The notes under the pieces were generated by a model that saw nothing but the letters and a program-made list of their open reading frames with translations, searched no databases and was not told the DNA's origin. A stretch of 64,000 bases of DNA from positions 2,046,001-2,110,000 of the forward strand of contig JAYWIR010000010.1 of NCBI GenBank assembly GCA_036172245.1. The letters are read 5' to 3'. Below, piece by piece: positions 38,101-49,750 of this stretch. The stretch is from Raillietiella orientalis (lineage: Eukaryota). Positions within the stretch are counted from its first letter, which is position 1. Each line of letters opens with the position of its first letter. The translations under genes were made by a program, and so were the position numbers.

Positions 38101-40350
38101 AAAAAAAAAAATTGACCTTTTCCACCCTCCCCCACACTCACATCTATCCATTTCAGAATCCCCAAGGCACTGTACAAATCACTGTAGCAAAAAAGGCAAT
38201 TAAATATTATTTAACGATGTCTTGAAACATCCTCATCAGCATTCATTAAAAGAATCGGAAAGTAGAAAGTTCCTGCGAGCCTTTGCTCCGTGCAAGAAGC
38301 AAAGGGAGGAGCGACCGACTGCCCCGAAGAGGGTCTTTTCGGCGCATCTGAACAGAGCTCCGCTGGTCCAGCGCTGGAGAGAAAACGTCTCGTGGCACTC
38401 CGCTGCTAATCGCCAATTTCACAACGGCGTGCACTACGTGTCACGGCTGCGGCCAAGTTACGTTTCCAAGACTTCCAGATTTTTTGCATGACCTGTCCTG
38501 CTATTTTGCAGCGCCCTGTTCACTTGCGCAGAAAAAGTCCGACCCTGCCTTACTCGCTGCGAGAAGACAACACGGTGCGGTTTCCGCTCAAACGAGCGAG
38601 GCCACCCTGATACCCCGTGAAACCCACTCGAGAAACCAGCTCGAAACAGGAAAAAAAAAAAAAAAAAGAGGAAGAAAGAAGGAAAAAGACGAAAACCACG
38701 ATCTAGTCATCCCGTTTCTCACTATGCTTCAGAACTGCACAGCGCGTGCGAACCGCCCCCGATGGTGCCGTACACCAAACACCTGGACTGGTGGGCACTC
38801 CACGAGATGGAATTTTCTTCGTTCCAGCTCTTCCCGCCGCACGCGAGAGACGCACTGAAACGTGACGATCCAATAAAGATCAATAAACGGAGCTGAGAGG
38901 GAACATTTGCTCATCGAAACACACAAAGCGGCAACCCATTTTCTGTTGCACTCGGAGCAACACGGGGATCCACACTGACCACGGTGGCGCGGATCTGGTG
39001 GCCGACCAAAGCGCCCCCCCCCTCCCCCGGCAAGCAAAGGTCGATTGGGACCAGACTAGCCATATATGATGGGGCGAGGTCGCTTCCACGTGGCAGCCTT
39101 ACACAATCTCTCCTTCCCCTCTTTATGCTTGGGTTTCTCCACATCCCCCCGCGTCGACACCCTAAGGCGAGCGGATGAGGTCGTGCAGAAACACCGCTCG
39201 AACAGCGCGCTTCGCGTTGCTCTGTTCCGGACCCACATCGCCCCCCCCCCCTCCCTCCCTCTCGTCTCCTGCCTTCCCTTTTCGATTTCTTGAAGAGGAA
39301 TTTCACAAGTGCCAAAGGGGGAGGTCGAGAGCGATGGATCTTCTTCCTCCTCGACTGTGTGACGATCCGCGCTCGGTGGGACACGTGCCACCGCTCACCG
39401 GTTTAATCAGTAGGCACCCGTACGAGGGTACGTACGAAAGCCCGAAATGAAGGGACGAAGCCCTCCTAAATTACTCGGAAACGGAGATAACACGAATTCA
39501 AGTGCATCTCGTGCCTGTGATTTTCGATCGAGTCTTTCCTCGGTTCCGCACACACAAACGCGGCAAGTTGACTTCACTTCCTGCTGGATGGATTGCCGGT
39601 CGTCCCAAGTCCCGGTGGGAGAAGAAGCAAAAACACACACCTACGTCCACCTATAGATGGATGCTGAACCGGTTTCGCGTGGTCACTACGCCGAAAACCA
39701 CAGGGAAGAACCAAAGCACTCACAGTGAAACTGTTGACGCTCACTCAACTGCTGCCGGAAAGTTACAGACTCCCCCAAGGGGCTACTTCTTCCACACTAC
39801 CTCTTGGCGTGTTCGTGGACAAAGGAAAAAAAAAAAAAAAAAAGAGCCTCGACAGTGATTCGTGTTCCAAATTCCAAAGGTACACATCCTCGAGCAACAA
39901 AAACGCGCAGAGTACTTCAGTATTCTGCGGATTGCTCCTTCCAGTTTCTCGAAATGTCCTCTCAACAGCAAAAGGAAACGAACTGTAAACTCTCCGAAAA
40001 TCGAAAACAGGGATGCGGAACAACAACAACAACGAAGAAGAAGACGACGACGACGACGACGACGAGAGAAAGTATCCTTAGGCACTGCTGCACTAATTAA
40101 CTGAAGAAAAAGTGATCCGAGGTCTCCAAAGCCACAAAAGAAGAAATGGATCGCTTTTTTCCTTCTTCTTCTTCTTAATCTTTGAATACCACCATTAATC
40201 ATGAGGCCAACTGATTGCCATACAGAATGCTGTTCACAACTGCAGCAACAACTTTCAACAGGTCTGGGGCTCAACATGGAGACTGCTGCAGCTACCTCAC
40301 TACGGGCAGGCAGGATGATGATCCATTTCACGTATCGATCAGGCGCGCGC
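32200..40350 (-). pseudogene. Possible disrupted multi-exon gene of unknown identity, divergent from MEX3
   Basis: Minus-strand donors GTAAGT (34913-34918), GTGAGT (36175-36180), GTAAGG (37155-37160); pyrimidine-rich CAG acceptors near 33962, 35507 and 35786; protein-like readings with stops and frameshifts. Confidence 0.3.
40019..40064. repeat. Compound trinucleotide repeat (CAA)n(GAA)n(CGA)n
   Basis: Directly visible. Confidence 0.85.
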
Positions 40351-40500
40351 TCATGGCGCTGAACTTAAAGTGCATGTAAATCACATTGATGGAACAGCCG
40401 CGGACGGCCAATCAGAATCGCACGTTTGAATCCGGCGCCTGCTCTTTTGTCTATTTGGTCGAGCACATGGCACATTCCGCCATTCTAGAAAGTTCATTTG
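40330..40500. promoter_or_regulatory. Putative MEX3 proximal promoter (possibly bidirectional)
   Basis: TATCGATC (DRE-like) 40333-40340, GGCCAATCAG (NF-Y CCAAT box, core 40408-40412), TTTGAA (CHR-like) 40425-40430, CCGCCATT (YY1-like) 40477-40484, TTCTAGAAAGTTC (HSE) 40483-40495. All lie 140-300 bp upstream of the ATG. Confidence 0.55.
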
Positions 40501-40633
40501 ACAGCGAGGTACGTTATGGCGTGTTGTGTATAATTGTGTGCGCGGAGTTTTAGACAAAAAAAAATTATTAGAAAAATAATATTTTTATATTTTCGATTTT
40601 ATTCGCAACGTACGTGTATTTTTTACTCCTGTG

Positions 40634-40877
40634 ATGCCCGCTAGTCTGTTTGTGGATATGGATAGATGTTCAACTGCCCTGGAAGAAAAAAGGGCTCTTG
40701 AGTTGGCATTCGAATTGTCCTGGCTACACCTTGGTGACGGAAACACAGATAAAGTTGAACATAATTTTATAAATTATCATTACAACGATGAGAGTCGGAA
40801 TAAAAAGAGCCAAAACATGACAGAGTGCGTCCCTGTGCCCAGTTCCGAGCATGTAGCAGAAATCGTGGGTCGTCAAG
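40634..40877 (+). CDS. MEX3: MEX3-family RNA-binding E3 ligase, coding exon 1 (MPASL start, NES-like [12 protein letters not shown], first part of KH1)
   Basis: Translates [11 protein letters not shown]...[25 protein letters not shown](G), the conserved MEX3 KH1 signature. Ends at donor CAAG|GTACGT. Confidence 0.96.
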
Positions 40878-41112
40878 GTACGTCAACATTTTCACTTTCC
40901 CATTGCGCCCAACGGAATTCGTTGGTGGTGTTTAGCGGCCAGTCGTGGTGTGCACCAGGTGTTTGTCGTGTCTGGCTGCATAGGAATAATCTGGTCCCTG
41001 CAAGTTTCCCCACTGTGCCTGGAAATTTTGCCAAGTCTGAGTGCTAGTAGTATAAGTGCGTAGGATTTGAGCGTGGGATTTTCTTTTTTTTTTTCTTTCT
41101 TTCTTTCTTTTC

Positions 41113-41149
<37 letters not shown>

Positions 41150-41360
41150 TTTTAAAAATAGTTTGAATTTAATGGGAGGAGTGTGTTGTTCTGGACAGTT
41201 TTGTCGTGATCGCAGTTTGAGCGTTGAGGGAGGCTTTTGTTTATTTTATTTTTTTATTTTTTTTGCCCCCCCCCCCTTCCCCCCCCCCTTTTTGATACAG
41301 AAAATTCCAGAGATTTTTTTTGACCTGAGCAGTAATTGTTTTTCTTCTTCAACTTTACAG
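40878..41360 (+). other. MEX3: Phase-1 GT-AG intron of MEX3 (483 bp)
   Basis: GTACGT donor at 40878 and TTTCTTCTTCAACTTTACAG acceptor ending at 41360. Splicing restores [14 protein letters not shown] in frame. Long poly-T tract at about 41080-41153. Confidence 0.95.
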
Positions 41361-42385
41361 GGTGCAAGATTAAAGCTTTGCGTGCAAAAACCAATACGTA
41401 CATTAAAACTCCAGTGAGAGGAGAAGAGCCTGTATTTGTTGTGACTGGACGCCGTGAAGACGTAACTGCTGCAAAGCGGGAAATTCTTTCAGCAGCCGAA
41501 CATTTCAGTCAGATCCGAGCCTCACGTAAAGCAAACTTGAACGGGTCGCTGGCTCCGGGGCCCCCTGCTATCCCCGGCCAGGTGACCATCCAAGTCAGAG
41601 TGCCCTACAGAGTCGTCGGTTTAGTGGTGGGACCGAAAGGAGCGACCATCAAGCGCATCCAGCAGCAAACGCACACGTACATCGTTACCCCGTCTCGAGA
41701 TAAAGAGCCCGTGTTCGAAATTACCGGCTTGCCGGACAGTGTCCAGCAAGCCCGCAAAGAGATCGAAGCCCACATAGCCATCCGGACGGGGGCGCTGCTC
41801 GATAACGCAGAGTGCGCGGACGGGAGAGCGATCGGGACGTCCTTGGATCTGATAACCGCGCTGTGCAAGACCAGCTTCGTCGGCGATATTCCAACCATGC
41901 AGTTTTGCGACGGGAGTTCCGTCCTGGGTTCCCGGGGAGCCGCCGACCCGGCCGGCATGTTCCGAGCATCCATAGATTTTTCCGGCTACGCCGGCTACGG
42001 CGAAGAGACCCCCACGGCCATTTGGTCCGACGTGAGCAAGAGCAACATGGTCATCGGAGGCTTCTCGATCCCGCGCCGCTCCTCGAGCCTGGGAAGCAAC
42101 GACGGCACGCCGAACCGCCTGTCGCCTCCACTGGACGCGCCATCATCGCACCTGCGCCGCTTGCACTCTGACCCCCTGCCCCCACTGGGCATCGGTGGTG
42201 GCTCCTCGGACAGCCGCCGCAAACGCGATTGCGTCGTCTGTTACGATAGTGCGATTGTGGCCGCGCTGGTGCCTTGCGGCCACAACCTTTTCTGCATGGA
42301 ATGTGCCACCCGCCTCGTCGAGAGCCACGGAGAGTGCCCGTCATGTCACGAAGGCGCCATAAGCGCCATCCGCATCATTTCTTAA
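41361..42385 (+). CDS. MEX3: MEX3 coding exon 2 (rest of KH1, KH2, linker, C3HC4 RING); spliced protein 422 aa
   Basis: [31 protein letters not shown] (KH1), [45 protein letters not shown] (KH2), [39 protein letters not shown] (RING). TAA at 42383-42385. Confidence 0.97.
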
Positions 42386-43150
42386 AGGAATCTCCTATTT
42401 TTTTCTATCTACTGCACATTGGAGAAATTCTATTTTTATTGCTAATTATTTTGTATTGTAGAGTTCGGTCCTCGCCGTAAAGTATTTAGTGACGATTTTT
42501 ATACGGAATGCCCTTATTTTATGCTCCAGTCTTGTACAAAGCGCCGCCGCCAAGCTTTTGGAGGATGCGGAGAGAGATCTTGCTCCCGTGGATCTCGGTA
42601 TACTTCCCCATTTGCTTTCACACAGCCCGCTTCCTGGAACGATCCCTTCTTCATTCTATGAAAGATTTTTATCAGAGTTTTAAAAGAATATTTGATAGAG
42701 AAAAGTTTAATTTTATATCCGTTTTTTATTCGTATCCGGAGATTACAGATTAATGTATTTAAAATCGTAATATATTATTAAAGTGGGCCACAAACACATG
42801 TGCTTTAGGATTTCGCGAAGTTATGCATCAGAGTTGTTTGCCGTATTTATTGTATTCGTTCAGATGTTTCGATTTCTTGTATTTACAAAACCGAAAGTAA
42901 CGCTTTAGTGCCGCAGGGCACTATATTTTTTGATCTCTGAAATTTTTCTCTGTGGTATACTTTGGGCTGCTTCATCAAGTGCCATTCATTAACTGTATTT
43001 CTTGACTGTTTTTTTTTAACTCCTGTGTTTTTTGCATTGTTATATTTAATAGGAAATATCGAGAGACAAATCCCTTATATATAATATATATCTGCCAATA
43101 ATTTTTTTACATATCAGTGTATTTTTCAATAAATTCGTTTTTTGTATCGT
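42386..43150 (+). promoter_or_regulatory. Probable MEX3 3' UTR with poly(A) signal
   Basis: AT-rich stretch after the stop codon with several ATTTA pentamers. AATAAA at 43128-43133 is followed by T/GT-rich sequence. Confidence 0.65.
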
Positions 43151-43465
43151 TTTAATATAGCGCATCTTGACCTGATCTTATTCTGACATTATTGTATTCT
43201 CAGAAAAAGTATAGAGAATATATATATAGTTTTTACTGAACGTGTGTGATTTCGTTGTTATTTCGCCACCACCACCACCACCACCACCTCCCTCGGACGT
43301 TTCTGTGTAGAAGAGGACGTCGGAAGCAAAGAGAGAGGCGGTAAGCGACCGTGACGTGAAATGCAAGGGCAACGGCAGGTTGAAAGTGAAGGCTCTCGCT
43401 GTCCGTCTGCCGAGTTTGCTTAGCACACTTGGCTTCCACGAAGGTAAAGAAAAAAAAAAAAAATT

Positions 43466-43542
43466 CCCCTCTCTCTCTCTCTCTCTCTCTCTCCCCCTCT
43501 CTCCTCCTCCTTCTCCTTTCTCTTGCTCTCCTCCTCCTCCTC
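43466..43542. repeat. (CT)n/(CCT)n microsatellite
   Basis: Directly visible CTCTCT... and CCTCCT... tract. Confidence 0.9.
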
Positions 43543-44649
43543 GTTTTCTTCCTTCCAGTCAGTCAAAGTTACGAGGTCAGTAATGCCCTCGTTTGTTCAT
43601 TAAGTGCAAGTAAGAGTGTTCAGTAATGGAACCAATTTCGTATGCGAAGGGTTGATTATCGGCGATAATTCCCGTGTTCCGACTACGTGGGTCCGGGATG
43701 ATGATTTGAGCAAGACTGTTGCATTACGGTGGGGGGATTTCCCCCCCCTCTTCCTCCCTCCCCCCCCCCCCATCGAAAACGAAAATCAGTTCTGCCTTGA
43801 GAACCACACCGTCGCCAAGGTTTGGTTTCTCGTGCCTTCGCGTCTGCCCGGAAAAAAAAAGGAAAAATCCATTCGCCCTTTGGGCAGACGTTTCTGGAGC
43901 AGAAGGTCCAGTTCGGAAAAAGTCCCGGCATCGGCCGAAGGAACGCGAATGTCTTGCAGCAGGGGTTGCCCTCGTGGTAAATAAAATACGGTCAGGTGCG
44001 TAAGGGTGGCACCCCCGAACTGCTGCGAGGCTTGCGAAAAGCAGCAGCAGCAGAGATCCGTTGTCGCCGAAGCGCTTTTGCCGTGGACCATAGCGAATCA
44101 GAGGTCTTTCGAGATGCGAGAAGAAAGAGCATTTTTCCTCTTCCCCATATGAAAAACAATGCTCTTATCTTCTCCCCGTTTTCGCCATGCAGCGAGTTCA
44201 ATGACTCCGTCATTGGGATACAGGGCCTGCGATCGATGCATGCTTTCGAATTGATTGCAAGTGTATGCGTGACACGTTAGTGGAGCTTCGTTACCAGGAG
44301 TTTCCAGGCAAGGATGTACTTCCTGGCATCTTCAGCACGGTCTAAATATAGAAAAACGATTAGAACAGTTTACGCTTGGTGATCCGGAGGGGGGGGGGGA
44401 GAGGAGGAGGAGGAGGAAGAAGAAGAGGAAGCATTCGATGTGTGCAACCTTTTCCGTCTGGTTCGGGAAGCAGCACGCACATTCTGGGAATGGGGCTCCG
44501 TTCCCGTGCCTGATGATGATGATGCTCTTTCGCGTGCCTCACTCGCCCCAAGTTCACCTCCCTATTCGCTCTGACGGTCCAGAGTTTCGTTCTCTTCCCG
44601 TCACTCTGTTTGTTGAGAAGCGAATCATCTGATGTGGATGCTTGCACTT

Positions 44650-47500
44650 GCCGTTGCGAAGCGTCTGCCAATATTGATAACTCTTTCGACCTACTGGTCA
44701 GTAAACAGTTTTGAGTTGTGTGCTCGGGAGCAGCCGAAAAGCCATGCTTGTGCGAGAGCAGGGCGTCATTCCGTCAGGAAAAGGTGTGAAGTGAAGGAAC
44801 ATTTCCACCGCGCGGGGCTCGCCAATGGTGAGGCGTCTGTCGGTCGGCTGGAGAGAGGATCGGAGATCCCGACTCCTGGACGCGTCAAAGTGTGCAGGCT
44901 CCAATTGTGTTCCGTTGGCTCTCCCCACTCCGGATGGAAACGGCCGTTTTCGTGCGCCTCCGCCGGACCTCGGTTTTGTGGTCGCCACCCTTCCTCTCTG
45001 GCGCGCGCTCTTGCCGCCCGGGATGTTGCAAGAGGCCGCCGCCCCGCCCTCTTTCGAAAAGTTCCACCCGAAAAGAGTTTCCAAAAAAGTTTTTCATCCC
45101 TGCTCCCGACGGGGTTTGCCGTGAGAAGATCACGGATCGTCGGATGTTCGGAAAATCTTCGCAGGGGTCACGGAAGCTTCGACGGGAAGGAAGAGTTTTT
45201 GTCGAAGCGTTCGGAATGCGTTGGCGGGAGAAAACCCTCTCAGTGCCTTCCTTCTGGGAGCTCGGATCTGTAGCGATCTTGAGCGATGCCCACCCGGCGA
45301 GCCCAGCGAGATATTTCAATAAATCGGCACCTTGCTCGAGGTGGTATTCCGGACACGTTGTGTGCACTGTGGTGGCCGAAGTAATCCCTGGTCCTGTAAC
45401 GAAGTGTGGATACGCAGCTCCGCAGTAAGTGGTGAGTGCCGGAAGTGCTTTTTGCAAGGAGGAAAGTTCTTGCAGCCGGCCGTGTGGTTATGACTATCAT
45501 ATCACTTTGCTTCCGCTCCTGGGCACGCTTGTAGAGGTTTATTCCTCGCCCCTTCGGTAGCACCCTGTTTTTTTTTTTTTGTTTGTTTGTTTTCCTTTCG
45601 TGTCGCATCTGTTATTGCCTTGTCACAGGTGCGAATAACAGGAAATGTTCGTAACTAACGGTGTAGGACGCTCCGGCAGAGTGTAATTACAGTGCACAGC
45701 AACGACAGGCCAAGCCGGAATCCGTGATGCCGTGTGCATGTGACCGGACGGAAGCGCGTGCGGTGTGTTTGCGAGAGTTCCTAATTCCGCAATGTCGCAG
45801 ACGGTGGATGTTGTTTACCTCGGAATTGGTGCAGCGGCGGCGTGCGCTTCTCTCTCTCTTTTTTTTTTTTTTTTTTGGCAAATGTCGGGTAAAGTCGAAG
45901 TTGCACACGGAAAAAAGGAAAAAAAAAAACGCCACGCAAAGGTGCTTCCCATGCTACCTGTGATCGAATGGGGGAAAAAAAAAAAGAAAAAAAAAAAAGG
46001 AGCACGCTGGTGTGTTTATCAACAGAGTGAGAAGTGTTTCGCCCCAAATGCTGAACTCGGACCGAATTTTCACAGCTGGCAGGAACGAAGCTTCAGTTTC
46101 CCCATCAGATCAAGGACAAATTTTTTCCTCCCTCTGGCTCGCGCTAATCTTTCCAGCAAACCCTGTTTGTTCCTTTGAATTGCGACCTTGGCTATCCAAC
46201 TATGGTAAACGTGTGTTGTGCAGCGTGATGATGATGGTCGCTTTTTCAAGTTCGTTTCCGTGGGTGAGAATGTGGGAACGGGAACTCTTGGGTGGGGGGG
46301 GGGGGTTCGTTCCCAGTGTGGTGCTCTCTTCCGTGCGAATGCTCGTTGCGTGCCCCCCACCGTTCCTAGGGGACCGGGAACTCTTCAGTCTCCTGGACTT
46401 TCCTTGCGGGCCGTGAACGCCGTACTCGCACTTTCACTGGACTACAACCGTTGCGGGAGACGAAGTTGCCGCAGCCAATGGAAGGAGCAGTGGGAACTCA
46501 CCTCAAGGATGCGGGTCGCAGTCTTCCCATCACAACAAGGCCGCCGGATAAGAGAGGCAAGCGGTTGCCTCTTGCGCGAACGAAGCGTTGTTCCCCTTGC
46601 CCAATGTGTTTGTGCCGGTGGACCCGATTACGTCGCTTGGAATCCTGTCGAAATCCCCGGCGTGCATAGCGTGCATGGCACAGAAGTCCAGCGGGGCTGC
46701 AGAAGTCGGCGTCCAGCGCTCCCCATTCACGCGCAAGACACCGTGGCGTGCGTGCCTTTCTTTCTACCTGACCCGAGCTGAATAAGGCCCGCGTGTGGAC
46801 CCGTTCGCCGTGCTGCTCCTCCCTGCCCCCGAAGAAAGTGACCGCACCGCGCTCAACTTCACCGCGCGCCGCGCACGGGAACGATCTCGGTTTCAAAAGC
46901 TGTTCTCCGGACCCGATCTGGTAGCGTGCTGGCGGTCTTCCGAATCGGTCCCTGGTTCCGAAAGTTAATGATGCACGTCACTTTTCTTCTGGCTCTGCCC
47001 ATCCTGTCGAAGGAAAGCGCAGTTGCGTGTGCATTCCGGTGTCTTCGGTGGGGCAAGTCACTGGTTTTCGGTGCAAGGGAGTCGCACAAGTTTGTTGTTG
47101 CTGCTGCAATGGCCCGACCTTCGGCGGCCAACGCTCGCAGAGGCCAAAGCGGAACGGCATCAAGCCGGAAACACTCCCGTGCAGCCGGAAGCAGCATGCC
47201 GCAGCAAAAATGGGGCGCGAAGCTCCAGTGCATCCGGTCCCGTGTGGACTGGCTGGGTGTCGAATACCTGGTTTCGATGGGGATACCCCCAGTTTCTCCC
47301 AAACCGACGTGCTCCTCCTTGCGGGTCACCGTGGAGCTGAAGATTATCATCACCTCGTTCCGAGCGCACCGCTGCGTTGCAAACTCCCGTTTTCGCCAGG
47401 GTTCCGAGAGCACCTGTGGGACGTCGGGATGTGTTTGCTGCTCTGTGAAGCTGTTAACTCGGAAACAAGTAACCAGTAATTGATTCACATGATCCAAGTA
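44650..47500 (-). mobile_element. Probable Ty3/Gypsy-type LTR retrotransposon pol remnant (RT then integrase)
   Basis: DDNLQLHG...RF...NQVF and MPFRFGL (RT-like, about 47350-47140) upstream of GWASLKIATDPSSQ...VFSRQRIP...TLPS (integrase-core-like, about 45290-45180). No LTR pair identified. Confidence 0.45.
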
Positions 47501-47999
47501 TCATCCACGGAATAGGCACCGTATCGATCAGTGTAATAAGATACGAATGAGGAGAGTTCACACCTTAAATCGGATTATGTTGTTCGCACCATCCACTTCC
47601 GCAGAAGGGTTCGGTCACGCGTAATACTTCTCGTGGGAAGGGGGGGGGGGGGGTAGTATCTTGTGATTGTAAAATAAGTAAGTAAATAAACGGAGAGGAG
47701 CACACATGTCGGTGATTGCCGTGGCCATTCTCGCTGCCGTTCGGGTGATTCAAGGTCTCACCGCCTGGTGCAACGTGCATTTCCGCATTTGCCGAGTTCC
47801 TCTAGATGTGCCGTCTAAGACTTTTCCATCCTCGCAGTTATCTTGAAGGCGCTGAGTCAGCCGGAGCTTCTTACTGTTTGATTTGCCGATAAGTGCAGAT
47901 TGGAAATCCGAGGTTCCAGTTCTTAGGTGATCGGAACGCGGCCCAGAGGACGTGCGCTCGTGAGCAGTTGGCAGGTGGGAAACTCCGTCGGTGCTCTGG

Positions 48000-49750
48000 G
48001 AATCCTCTCCTACCCGCGAGAAAGGGTTTGCAGTCCAGCGGAAGCTCTGTGCATCTCTCTGCGCGGGTGCCCCTGACTAGTTGTAGAGCAGGACGAGGTC
48101 ACCGTGCATGCTTTGGGGATCGCCTTCCTTCCGGTCCCCGGAGTGGCGGGACAGCGCGCGGAGCGACCGGTCGACTCCCTCCTCCTCGTTCCTCCCCCCC
48201 CCCCTCCTTTCGGTCGCCTAGGAAACCGCCTGCGACCGACCGCCACAATCGCCGGCAAGCGCCGCGGCTCTCCTTGAACGCGGGGGGGGGGAGGGAGACT
48301 CGAGAGAGGATACCAGCAGCGCAATCGATCGGTCCCCGAAGGAAGAAGAAGATGCGTGTCAGATCGATGCCCTGCGACCCTTGAAGAGGAGGCGAATGCG
48401 AGTTCCCGGACGTGCTTCGGCTTAGGAGGCGACCTCGTGGCTGCCGGGCTGCTGCATGGCCGCGTCTTCCCGTCCCATCCTTCTCTGCGGCGACCCGTCC
48501 CTCCCGCCTTCGGGCGCGCGCACCCTCGGCCTCGCCGGGCCACCCCGCGCGTGCGCGGTACTTCCTGCACGCTAGCGCGGTCTTTCGTCTCCTCGAACCC
48601 GTCTCGCCAGCAAGGGCGGTGCCCATTCTCCCGACCCGGAATGGTTTTTCCCTTTTTCCTGCCATTCGGACCTGGAAGCCGGCCGGTTTCCGAAGTGTTG
48701 TGGGGATTCTGGGAAGTCAGTTCTGCGTCCGCGCTCTGCTCTGGAGCCAAAGGGCTCCCCATGTTCTTAGAAAACGGAGCTCTATGTAGTCGCCCCCTTC
48801 GGGACTGACCGACCATGGGACGGAGGGGTGCGTCGGAATCGATGCAGTCCGACGGCTTTCTCTTCCGTGGATTGTGAGGCGGGTCTGGGCTTCCTCGAGA
48901 CCTGCTCGAAGGCACAGAAGCGCGAAGAGGAGGAGCGGCTCTTCTCCGGTTCGTTCCCAAGTCTCCTGGTGTCTCCTGCCGCGAATCTCCGTGGCAATGC
49001 CCTCGACGAGGCGCGTCGAGCATCTCGGGTGCAGGAGGAGGAAGACGCGGCACCTTTCCGAGCGGAGGCGGAGGTTTCGCAGTCGGCGAGTTTTTCGGGT
49101 GCAGAACGTGGGCTGCAGTCGCCCAAGCAAGGGGACTGCTCCCTTCTCGCCGCGACTCGAGGGGATGCGTGTGGTGAGGAGGTGGCCAGGATCATCGAGG
49201 GATTTCGGGGACCCTCGTCCAAGCGCCGGGAAGGCGGTTCTCCCCACGTCTGCTTGGCAACTGCCAAAACGAACGACGGGAAGATCCGGAAGCTGCCTCT
49301 GCGCGCAGGAGGGACGGTGTCTCGCCGATGGAGTACGTGTGTTGGGACCGTGCGGTGTTTTGGGTGTGCGCTGCGCTGCTTGCGGGAGTCCCAGGGGTCC
49401 GGCTTTGCGCTCCAGCGCGCGGAGCCCCGCACTCCCGTGGCGGATGGTTCCGGAGGAGGGACGGGCGTTCCAGAGGGAACCGCTTCCCCGTCCCGGATGC
49501 AGCTCTCGGGACGTTCTCGTTCTTCGGGCTGCCTTCCTGCAGGTGTCGACCTCAAGCACGAGCGGCGTCGGTGGCTGCTTCCGACGGCCGGGAGGAACGC
49601 GCGGGATGTCAGACCTTTAGTTGGCGGGTGCGTAAAGCGAGCGTTTCCTTGCGTTGCACGGAGCAGGTGGCTCACCGGAACAGGGCGCGGGTGGAGGAGG
49701 AGGGGAAGATGAACTCATCGTTGCCTCTCCTTCCTCCTCCGCGCGCGCAA
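48000..49750 (-). mobile_element. Decayed LINE AP-endonuclease region
   Basis: CLGDCS (GDFN-like, about 49125) in a GC-rich block similar in character to the other LINE remnants. Confidence 0.3.

Noticed and set aside
40509..40514. GTACGT as donor of a 5' UTR intron
   Set aside because: No pyrimidine-tract AG acceptor before the ATG at 40634.
40878..41047. Read-through extension of the MEX3 exon 1 ORF, and the upstream start of ORF 41336
   Set aside because: Intronic; splicing at 40877/41361 restores the conserved KH1.
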